NCBI RefSeq assembly: GCF_006345805.1
Contig: NC_043001.1
Location: 87,420,001-87,484,000 of the forward strand
DNA length: 64,000 bases
Origin: Octopus sinensis
Taxonomy: Eukaryota
Direction: 5' to 3'
Part shown: piece by piece, positions 56,060-64,000 of the stretch
Numbering within the stretch: position 1 is the first letter of the stretch
Layout: every line of letters begins with the position of its first letter
Position numbers and translations under genes: made by a program
Notes under the pieces: generated by a model
Told to the model about the DNA's origin: nothing
Seen by the model: only the letters and a program-made list of their open reading frames with translations
Databases searched by the model: none

Positions 56060-57492
56060 TTTGTATATATCATCATTGTCACCACTATTATAACATTTAT
56101 ATTTTCATACTTATTTGACTTCTTACAGCCAAATGCTCTTTTTCTTGCTAACCCTCATCTGTTTCCAAACAAGGTAATGTTTTCTCCTCGTGTCAGAGTG
56201 TTTTCCCTGGATATTGTAAACTGCTTCACTTGTGAGGCCTTGATGCTTGCTTAGAATTAGCACATAATATTAAAACAATGAGACAGCACATATCCATACA
56301 TATTTTGAGTGGTAGGCTTAACCCATCATTTGGTTTAACGTCATCTCATGGTATGTCAGATGTTTTTAGTGGAATATTTAATATAGTTATAGTGTGTATG
56401 TTTGTATGTATTTATATTTGTATATGTAGTAAATAAGAAGTATACACTGTAGAATCTCTGATTATATATAATTATATCTGTATTTAACAACATATAATAC
56501 TGTTGTTGAGAACAATTGTGTCTGTGAGCAGATTGTAATGTATTTCTTAATTTTTTAAATTTTTTGTTGAAGCAATGCAATCAAACATGAAGGCACAGCT
56601 AAATGCACCCTCTTCTTACTCAAGTTCTTACAATAACCCATCCTACCAACGGACACCTCCTACTAAAAGAATGTCTGGTCGAAGAGCTGCCTTCCAGAAT
56701 GAAGCATCTGCTGCTGTCCGTACATCAAGAGGTCACAGAAGAAACCATGAGACTGCTGTCAAAGAAGTAAACAAACCCGTTGAGTCTGTGAAATCATCTG
56801 TATCACAACAAATACAGACAGATTTATATGATGACGACGATGGTGGTGAGGTGACAAGTGAAGTTGAGTTGGCTTCAACTGGGATGAACACTGACCCAGA
56901 AATGACTGATCATGGTATTCAATGTGAGGTTGAAACTAGTGATGATATCATCAATTCAGATGAAGTTAATGCGATTTCTAAGCAGGCATTTGAATACCTG
57001 AAGCAGCACAAACATTTACAAAGCCCTTCATTGTCACATCCTCATGGCACAGTGAGTGATGATGAGATGGGGCAGAAGTATGAACATAATCGATACTACT
57101 ATCCTGCACAGCAGGGTCTGCATGGCTCCCCAGCCATGCATCGCTTTGCTCATCCCATGGAGCAATATGGCTCTCCTGAACCACACACTCTTCATTTTGA
57201 TCCTGCTTTAAGACAGACGAATATTACTCCACCCAGTTACATGTTAAGGGCCAATGGTTATGGACCACAAAGAGGTCCTAAGCCACCAGTTCTGACTGAC
57301 TTGGAGGACCGATACATACCAGTCTATTCTTATTTAGTAAACCGAGGCTACAAAATTCCTGAATCTGACAAAAATGCTTCTGGAAGCTCAGCAACAGGAA
57401 CAAGCCATCATTCAGATTTGAGAATGGTTCAGACAGATGATTCCGATTTCTCTGCAAATTTGGATAGTGGTGTTGAACTGATGAAAAGATGA
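39915..57492 (+). CDS. Uncharacterised type I membrane protein (~630 aa): signal peptide, CUB-like domain, TM helix, long disordered cytoplasmic tail
   Basis: Six phase-compatible GT-AG exons join into one open frame. CUB-like cysteine pattern DCNG / SSCTITL / ECSMNFYIFDG / YSC..P..TTGNTVSF; hydrophobic stretch IIILISVAYLVAILICIIILIV followed by basic residues. Confidence 0.85.
40200..41432 (+). mobile_element. Full-length decayed mariner
   Basis: TIR tcaggtcattaagaatgaaatgtc at both ends, TA flanks; transposase remnants VPHQLNEHQ..., CDGKWI, HPPYSPDL-like. Confidence 0.88.
41918..43522 (+). mobile_element. Full-length Tc1 transposon (DD34E, IR/DR type), transposase broken by one frameshift
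   Basis: ~220-bp TIRs (41918-42135, 43299-43522) with internal direct repeats, TA flanks in (TA)n. ORF halves 42253-42753 and ~42750-43252 contain SDESK, QDNAP and SPDLNPIE, with 34 residues between D and E. Confidence 0.95.
44162..44263 (+). CDS. Membrane-protein coding exon 2 (EEWYIYDLISCENHRTPYNSWSNTFYAADSDGD)
   Basis: aaag| acceptor, open phase-1 frame; donor at 44264 or 44258 (both phase 1). Confidence 0.6.
44471..44703 (+). CDS. Membrane-protein coding exon 3, CUB-like N-half
   Basis: aaatttcag| acceptor, TTG|gtaagt donor, 233 nt: YLDKSQDCNGNIQEV...SCTITL...LECSMNFYIFDGTEEQTTL. Confidence 0.88.
44935..45740 (+). mobile_element. Tc1 3' fragment
   Basis: FQQDNAPSH...WPALSPDLNPIE; ends cagttcagtg|ta. 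Confidence 0.8.
45777..46170. repeat. 127-bp period, almost pure A/T minisatellite, about 3 copies
   Basis: aaattatatttataacatttata unit starts at 45781, 45908 and 46035. Confidence 0.9.
46625..47442 (+). mobile_element. CR1/L2-type LINE 3' fragment (RT C-terminus and 3' UTR)
   Basis: MHFGRKN...DLGIIVDSDL...PHLEFASPVWNP...FFTLRVAEAWNRLP, with one in-frame stop. Confidence 0.9.
47675..47995 (-). mobile_element. Second copy of the same RTE 3' end
   Basis: Near-identical peptide to 16791-17087. Confidence 0.85.
48905..49043 (+). CDS. Membrane-protein coding exon 4, CUB-like C-half
   Basis: tattttcag| acceptor, G|gtacgt donor, 139 nt: KSYSCHTKLTVPIQLVTTGNTVSFRL...AQTIN. Confidence 0.88.
50002..50221 (+). 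mobile_element. SINE family B copy
   Basis: Aligns with 24808-25037 lacking the first ~12 nt. Confidence 0.85.
50433..51506. mobile_element. piggyBac-like non-autonomous element
   Basis: TTAA on both flanks; TIR (t/c)cctttcgttac / gtaacgaaaggg; internal ~100-bp direct repeat. Confidence 0.8.
52158..52523 (+). CDS. Membrane-protein coding exon 5, transmembrane and juxtamembrane region
   Basis: gtttcag| acceptor, GAAG|gtaatt donor, 366 nt, phase 1/1. Confidence 0.9.
52916..54200 (-). mobile_element. Full-length decayed mariner (~1.29 kb)
   Basis: Inverted ends (t/c)gaggtggtat.a.aaa.tt.., TA flanks; remnants HPPYLSDLPLVDFHLF and LVTGDESWFY-like. Confidence 0.85.
54247..54666 (+). mobile_element. 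SINE family A copy
   Basis: Full head-to-tail match. Confidence 0.87.
55059..55490. mobile_element. MITE with ~37-bp TIRs
   Basis: cagtactgggatcttttt(g/c).gtttgaa.ggcagttttt inverted at both ends. Confidence 0.75.
56573..57492 (+). CDS. Membrane-protein terminal coding exon, disordered cytoplasmic tail
   Basis: ttgttgaag| acceptor; 305-aa non-repetitive ORF in phase with exon 5, ending ELMKR*. Confidence 0.9.
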
Positions 57493-57712
57493 AATATAAA
57501 TATGAACAACAACAAAAATGAGAAGTTGTAAAATCACTTTATGGACAGCTAAATACACACACGCACACACTCACATTCATATATATATTCGAACTTTTGT
57601 ATATATTATCCAATCATGCACAGGTGCCTTTATTTTATTTGCATACATATCTTTGGACTAGTATTGAACTATCAAATTTCTGTTGTAACATCCACATTCT
57701 TATAATCCTGAA

Positions 57713-57759
<47 letters not shown>

Positions 57760-58157
57760 GTAATATTTTAATGCTGAGGCTTCCTACCACCATCACTTAG
57801 TTTACTCTGTGAAATCATATTTTATATATTGAGTGCCCTTTTCTCCCTTTTTGTTAATTTACTTGTGTGTGTATGTGTATAAATGTATATGTGTATGTAT
57901 ATATCTGAGTATATATATGCATATATGTTTGTGTATACATGTGTGTAAGCATGTATGTATATATATGTGTGTGTGCATATATATATTTATATATAAAAAT
58001 TAGAAAAAACCGCCTTTTATCAATTCAAAATGAACAATTAAATTACACCATCTAGAAAATTACATATAATAGAAATATAAAAAATAAAATAACAATAATA
58101 TACCGATGATTAAGTAAATTGCAAAATAATAATAAAAACGTATATATTTGGTAGAAT

Positions 58158-58237
58158 AACGACACGTGTTTCGTGGCTATATTTAAGAAATGATTATAGT
58201 AAAAAAATTAATAGTAGTAATAACCACTCATCAGGTT
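58158..58237 (-). ncRNA. Type I hammerhead ribozyme, intact core with short helix I
   Basis: Minus strand reads AAC-CUGAUGA-GUGGUUAU[39 nt]AUAGCCAC-GAAAC-ACGU-GUC|GUU: 8-bp helix II, palindromic loop III, 3-bp helix I. Confidence 0.75.
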
Positions 58238-60960
58238 TAAAAATAAACTACAATAATAAAATAATTAATAAATATACGTAAATAAACTTTTAAAATATAA
58301 ATATATTCTTTAAAATATATTCCCTGTAAGTTAGGAATAATATTCCCTCAAATTATTATTATATATATTTATATATATGTATATAATGATAGAGAACATG
58401 GAAACTGGTACATCCTCAAAATTTATTTCCTTTTATCTTACAATATCATACAGTATATTTTTATGGTTATGATGGCCTATATGTGTTTCCACTGCACATA
58501 GTATGGGCAGGTGCATATGTAACCAGGTATAATTTTCTGTACAGCTTTGTACAGGGTCTTTCAACCAGCTTGGCTTGAAGTGAACTGAATTCCAGCATGA
58601 GTGAAAACTCCTAGTAGTCATAGATGTTAAATACTAACCAATGTGGTTAACCATAACCTGGAACATAACTGAGAGTTACCATAGTATCTGGTTGTATAAT
58701 ATATCCTTCTAAACTCACATTAATACATATATGTATATGGACAGATGTATGTTTGCTGTGAGATATTGAACCATTGTAAAACATTTATGTATACTAGTTA
58801 TAACATTTCTGTAGTGATGCCTGCAAGGCGGTAATATCTAGCAATAGAAATCATGTAATATAACTCCAGCTGCAGGCTGAGGTGCTTTGATTCATTTCAC
58901 TTCAATATGAATGAACAGCTTGCAGATGGAGGGTTTGGACAGAGTTACTCTCCTTGTATGTTAGTAATGACACATTTTCAACAAATTTTGTGTGTGTCTG
59001 TGTCTTTGTGTGCCCGCGTGCATGCACATGTGTGTGTGTGCAAATACTAATGTGTGAATAAGAGGGGAAGAGAGCACTTGATGCTGAAGATAGTTCTATT
59101 TTTTTATTGTAAGCTGAATATCCACAAATCCTTTTCATTCGCATTCTTTTGACTATTATGAAATGTAGGACGTAAACATGGCTTATACTCAGTCACATTC
59201 TACTATACATGCATAGAAACTTTTGTTCAAAACCTCATTGTAAATTGTGTGCAAGTGAGAAGTTTATTATTTTATTTCAGGACTTGCACAACAAAAGGTC
59301 TGAGATGTTGGATACTTGCAGACATACTTCAGAATTTATACTTTTTAGCTATATATGTTCAAATTGATTATTCCAGAATTTTCAGAATTATATGGATCCT
59401 TTTATCTTCAATTTTAGAGGTTTACCATTTGAAAAATTTTGTTTTTTCTCTTTTGCAGAGTTAGGTTTTTTTTTGCATAACTGCAATCACAATTTTTTTA
59501 ATATATATTCACTTTGTGTGTATGTGTGTGTGTGTGTACATGTATGCATGTGTACATGTATGCATGTGCACATGTATGTTTTTTTACATTTATCATGTAT
59601 GTATATCATTTCTTTTCTTCTCAAGCAGATCCTCATTATCTTACCCTTATTTTTTAAAAAAATGATTATATTGTTAATGAATAAGATCCTTGTATTCAGT
59701 TTTGTTCAATCAAAGCTTGATATGATATTCAAATATCTCCACTGTATGTCTATTATATATCGTCTTAATATTCCATTTTTCATAATGATGTGAAGATATG
59801 GGAATGAAAAGTTCAGAGCAATGCTGTATAAAGTTTTAGCTTCCAAGAAAATGTGTGAGTGTGTGTGTGTGTGATGTAATGAAAGTTTGGATTTGGTGAA
59901 ATCTTGATATATTCCTTGGGCAGCACTCAGATGCTGCCCTAGAACCATGACTGCCTCTTTTCAGCTCAGAATGAGGGACTCCAACCATTTAAAAAGATCA
60001 TATATATATATATCTTGTATATTAAAAGGCAAGTTGTCTGTCTGTGTGTTGTGTGAATGACTTCTACTCCTACAATTTTCAACCAAATTTTACTAAATTT
60101 GACATGTGTCTTTGACTTAGGACACTTTTTCTTATAATTTTTACCTTGAAATTCCATGCCCCCAACATAGACTACTCTCAATTTGTCTAGGATTTGAACC
60201 CACCATGTCTATGCAATGGTATGCATTTGACCTTATATCTTATATATTAAAAGGCAAATTTGTCTGTCTGCTTCTGTATGTGTTTTGGCTGACCTTGACA
60301 TTGTAAACAAATTTGACACTTTCTTTCTAGGCATAGTTATATATGTATACAGAAATACATGGGTGCAGAAGATAGTAAACAATGAAAATAACTGGGTAGC
60401 AGAAATTATATTTCTTAATATGATGGGCAGAAGGTAAATTAGAAATTTTTACAGAAAATAAAGAATTGTATGGGTTGAAGTGAAATTTGTCAGTTAGAGA
60501 ACCAAAGAGCCAATATCAAAGGAACCAGAAAAAAGCCATTAACAACAGAAAAACACAAAATCATTGCAAAAGTAAATGAGAAATTTTTAGAGATATTAAC
60601 TAAGTGTATGGATTGAAGTGAAATTTAGGAAGTTTAATTCTGTCAGTAAATTATGTATGAAATTACTTTCATCAGTAATTGTGAACTTCTTTCTCTCAGT
60701 AATTTGTCAGTGTTGTTTGTAAATAACATTGAAAACTTAGTCAAAACAATAGTGTCTGAAAAATAAAAGTGAAAACAATAGCGTCTGACAAATGAAAGTA
60801 AAAACAATGGAGTGAGTAAGATAGAGAGAGAGGGGGAAAGAGAGAGAGCTAGCTAGTTAGACAAATAAGATATAGACAGATAGATATAGACAGAATAGCA
60901 ATGTATAGAGAGATATAGAAAGGTATAGAGATAGATAGAGAGTTATAGATGTCACTGATA

Positions 60961-61273
60961 CTAGAAAACCAGAAGTAAATATTTTTTTTTAAACTTTCAA
61001 AGACTTGAATCTAATATAAAAAGGATTATTAATTTTTTTTTGTGACCAATAGATTTAAGGGAGACAATCAATTCTGGAAATTACTTTGCAAAGACTTACT
61101 TCCCTTGTCCATATAACCCAGGAACATGGGGGGGGACGTTATTTATTATGTGGAAATTTTTAAGAGTCTAAGGCCATCCCAGTTTGGAGAAAATAATTTG
61201 GAAAATATGGCTGTTATAATCTTTTGCACACACAAACACACACACACAGACAGAACGAGATTTATATTATAGA
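60961..61273 (-). mobile_element. Helitron-like element; two further Helitron-like 5' ends on + near 60012 and 60237
   Basis: tctataatataaatctcgttctgtctgtgtg 5' end and CTAG 3' end; tct(t)gtatattaaaaggcaa..gtctgtctg heads. Confidence 0.45.
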
Positions 61274-61309
61274 TATATATATGTAACGTCTACATTATAT
61301 ATATATATA

Positions 61310-62104
61310 GTTATCCGTAATAATGAAGGGTGAAATTAATTAATTTGGAATAATTATCAATTACACCAAGTAGTCTTCGGCATGTAAAAGCCTCATTCGA
61401 GGAAAATTTAAGTAATACTAAGCAATAAAGGGTTTAGCAACGAATTGCCTTACCACATACCGAATTTAGAAATAGCAGTCAAAGAGTTATAGCTATTTCT
61501 TCTACTAAAAAGGGAGATCTCAGTAAAAACAGCAATTGGAAGGCAGACACAAACAGGTAAGAGTGGATGAATTGACGGCAATCTATCATACATTTTTAAG
61601 TTATCTACGGACGTACGTTTCGAAATCAAGTTTTTAGGAAAGCATAAGAATTAAATATTAAATATTAAATAATTCTATCTTACCGAACTTCTTTTCTCTT
61701 CAGCGTAGAATACTATAATCATAAATGATTATATATTGAATTTTGAGATACTAGAAGGCACCAACTCAACTCAGTATCAGAGCGAGCTAGAATCCGCAAC
61801 TAGTATCACCGAATTCAATTTGTGAATGAAACGATTGTGTCACCAGCCCCTTCCCACCCGCGTGTAGCCAAAACAAGATGCTGGTCATCTACTGAGATAA
61901 AATATGGTTATCCGTAATAATGAAGGGTGAAATTAATTAATTTGGAATAATTATCAATTACACCAAGTAGTCTTCGGCATGTAAAAGCCTCATTCGAGGA
62001 AAATTTAAGTAATACTAAGCAATAAAGGGTTTAGCAACGAATTGCCTTACCACATACCGAATTTAGAAATAGCAGTCAAAGAGTTATAGCTATTTCTTCT
62101 ACTA
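61310..62104 (-). mobile_element. 795-bp ORF-less hammerhead-bearing element with identical 198-bp terminal direct repeats (retrozyme/Penelope-like)
   Basis: 61310-61507 and 61907-62104 appear identical (offset 597); (TA)n on both flanks. Confidence 0.75.
61604..61709 (-). ncRNA. Type I hammerhead ribozyme, complete
   Basis: Minus strand reads UCUACG-CUGAAGA-[75-nt helix II closing GAAA/UUUC]-GAAAC-GUAC-GUC|CGUAGA: full catalytic core, 6-bp helix I, GUC cleavage triplet (cut between 61610 and 61609). Confidence 0.85.
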
Positions 62105-62271
62105 TATATATACAGAGAGAGAGAGAGAGAGAGGGGGGTGCAAAAGTAGGTATACAGTAAATACCACATCAATGTTATAATGCTGAATTCTTTGAAATTA
62201 TTAGCACATTAAATTAGTTAGCCTCGTTTTCGATATTTTCAGTGTCATTAATCATAATAATATATTTATCA

Positions 62272-62669
62272 CTAGCAGTATCGCCCGGCGTTGCTCGGGT
62301 TTGTAAGGGAAATGACTATATAAGCATTTTTAGAGATGTAAAGTATAATAGCCATCTCAATATGGCTAACCACAAAGGGGGTGGGGTGTTACTGTAGCTT
62401 TTTCGTTCTGAGATTTAATAATAAATTTTTAGAGAGTTACTTCCCTTATATATGCCAAAAATGCATTAAAAATGGGAAAAATTGCTGGTAAATTTTTTTT
62501 TTAAATCGTAGACTCATCATAGACGCGCTCTAATATCCAGAGGGGCTCGATATGAATCACAACTATAAGATACCTGGTTTTGGTTAAACTGCACCGCAAA
62601 ATGTGGGAGTAGTTAGGAATCTAAATCGTAGGAGACTGACAGCACACAACCTCACTTTTATATATAAAG
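62272..62669 (-). mobile_element. Non-autonomous Helitron-like element
   Basis: Minus strand starts ctttatatataaaagtgagg and ends with a GC hairpin cccgagcaacgccggg followed by CTAG|T. Confidence 0.7.
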
Positions 62670-62785
62670 GTAACTATAATAATACTTTTATGGTAACCTT
62701 TTATTTTTTGATAAAAATAAACGTGTATGGTACATGTTTTCTTTTCTTATAACTGTATACCTACTTTTGCACCACCCTGTGCATA

Positions 62786-62835
<50 letters not shown>

Positions 62836-62839
62836 ATAT

Positions 62840-63105
62840 AATGAAATTATTGTATACAGTGACCACAACTTTTCAAAAGTGCATATAAAGTATATGCAGT
62901 AATGTACAAATGTCTGGGAAGCGAACAGTATATGAGTAAGATACATGCTTGCGTGTGTATGGAGGGGAGAAAATAAGGTGTAGTGTTGGCGGATCTCAGG
63001 AAGCATGGAAGTTTTGAAAGATGCAGTGCTCCGACAACTAACAACTGATGCCGGCAGTTTGTTCCATGCTTCACCAACTCTTAGTGTGAAAAAATGTTTC
63101 CGAAA
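62840..63105 (-). mobile_element. Short 3' fragment of the same CR1-type LINE
   Basis: MLPEIRQHYT frame and matching 3' UTR. Confidence 0.8.
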
Positions 63106-63706
63106 GTCATGGGACTTTCAAGTATATATATATATATATATATATACTTGAAAGAGGGACTGAGAGAGAATGCTAATTTCAGTAGCATATAAACAAATTA
63201 ATAATAGATAAAGCTTGATCTCAGCAGGGAAGGATTTGAAATTAAAAAGTGTGATGTACAGAAGATGATAAAGTAATGTACTTAGTCTAATACCAGACTC
63301 TCATGGTCTTGATGTCTTGATTATGTTTAGAAAAAAAGTTATTTTAATACTATATCTATATATGATGTAATAAAAGTTATTTTGATATCACATTTTTCTA
63401 ATAAATATTTTGATACTGAGCCTCTGTACCTTTTATTTTTTCATCCTTTTTTTTTTCTGTTTCATGTATTGGACTGTGGAAATGTTCAGGTATTGCCTTT
63501 AAAGGATTAGTGGGACAAAACAACCCCAGTACTATTTTTTTTTTTAAAGTCTGGTACTTATTCTATCTGTCCCTTATGCTGAGCTGCTAACTTATGGGGA
63601 TGTAAACAAACTGACAAGCAGTGGAAGTGGGGGAAAATAACAAACACAAAGGCATATACACCTACCTATTTGCATATGTACGTACATGCATACCTACATA
63701 CATACA

Positions 63707-63742
<36 letters not shown>

Positions 63743-63784
63743 AATTAATATAAACAGCCAGGTGTAATGTGCATTTTACATATA

Positions 63785-64000
63785 CGAGGGGCGTTCAATA
63801 AGTAATGCCCCTGACCCACTTCCCATAGCAGTAGAGCAACGAAACTTGGCACAGTTATTAGTCTTTTTCTACATAGGAACCACCCAGAGTTACGCATTTC
63901 TCCCATCGTTTGATGCGGCTCTGGAGACCGTTTTTGTAGAAGAATCCAGCTTGGTCCTCCAACCTCAACGTGACTTCAGAAATCAAGGCTGCATCATCTG
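63785..64000 (+). mobile_element. Mariner-like element, left end (truncated by window)
   Basis: ta|cgaggggcgttcaataagtaatgc resembles a mariner TIR; no transposase visible in the window. Confidence 0.55.

Overview
AT-rich eukaryotic genomic DNA packed with microsatellites, SINEs, LINE fragments and DNA transposons. The repeat landscape looks like an octopus (coleoid cephalopod) genome; this is an inference from memory, not a database match. Two spliced protein-coding genes were reconstructed by hand. (1) ZMYND10 (BLU, axonemal dynein assembly factor), minus strand: 10 coding exons from 24489 down to 6630, with a palindromic RFX X-box 61 nt upstream of the ATG. The C-terminal MYND exons were not found in the window. 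(2) An unnamed plus-strand type I membrane protein of about 630 aa (signal peptide, one CUB-like domain, TM helix, long disordered tail with NPxY and PPxY motifs), 6 coding exons from 39915 to 57492. The most striking unexplained structure is a set of unrelated, ORF-less, (TA)n-embedded elements carrying type I hammerhead ribozyme motifs. A complete one (61604-61709) lies inside a 795-bp element with identical 198-bp terminal repeats (retrozyme/Penelope-like). A second intact catalytic core (58158-58237) lies antisense to the likely 3' UTR of the membrane-protein gene, and a degenerate minimal one lies at 37837-37872. Also present: a near-intact IR/DR-type Tc1 (DD34E), full-length decayed mariners, piggyBac-like and Helitron-like non-autonomous elements, and several long inverted repeats. 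No rRNA, bona fide tRNA or CRISPR array is supported. All alignments and folds were done by eye, so repeat boundaries are approximate.
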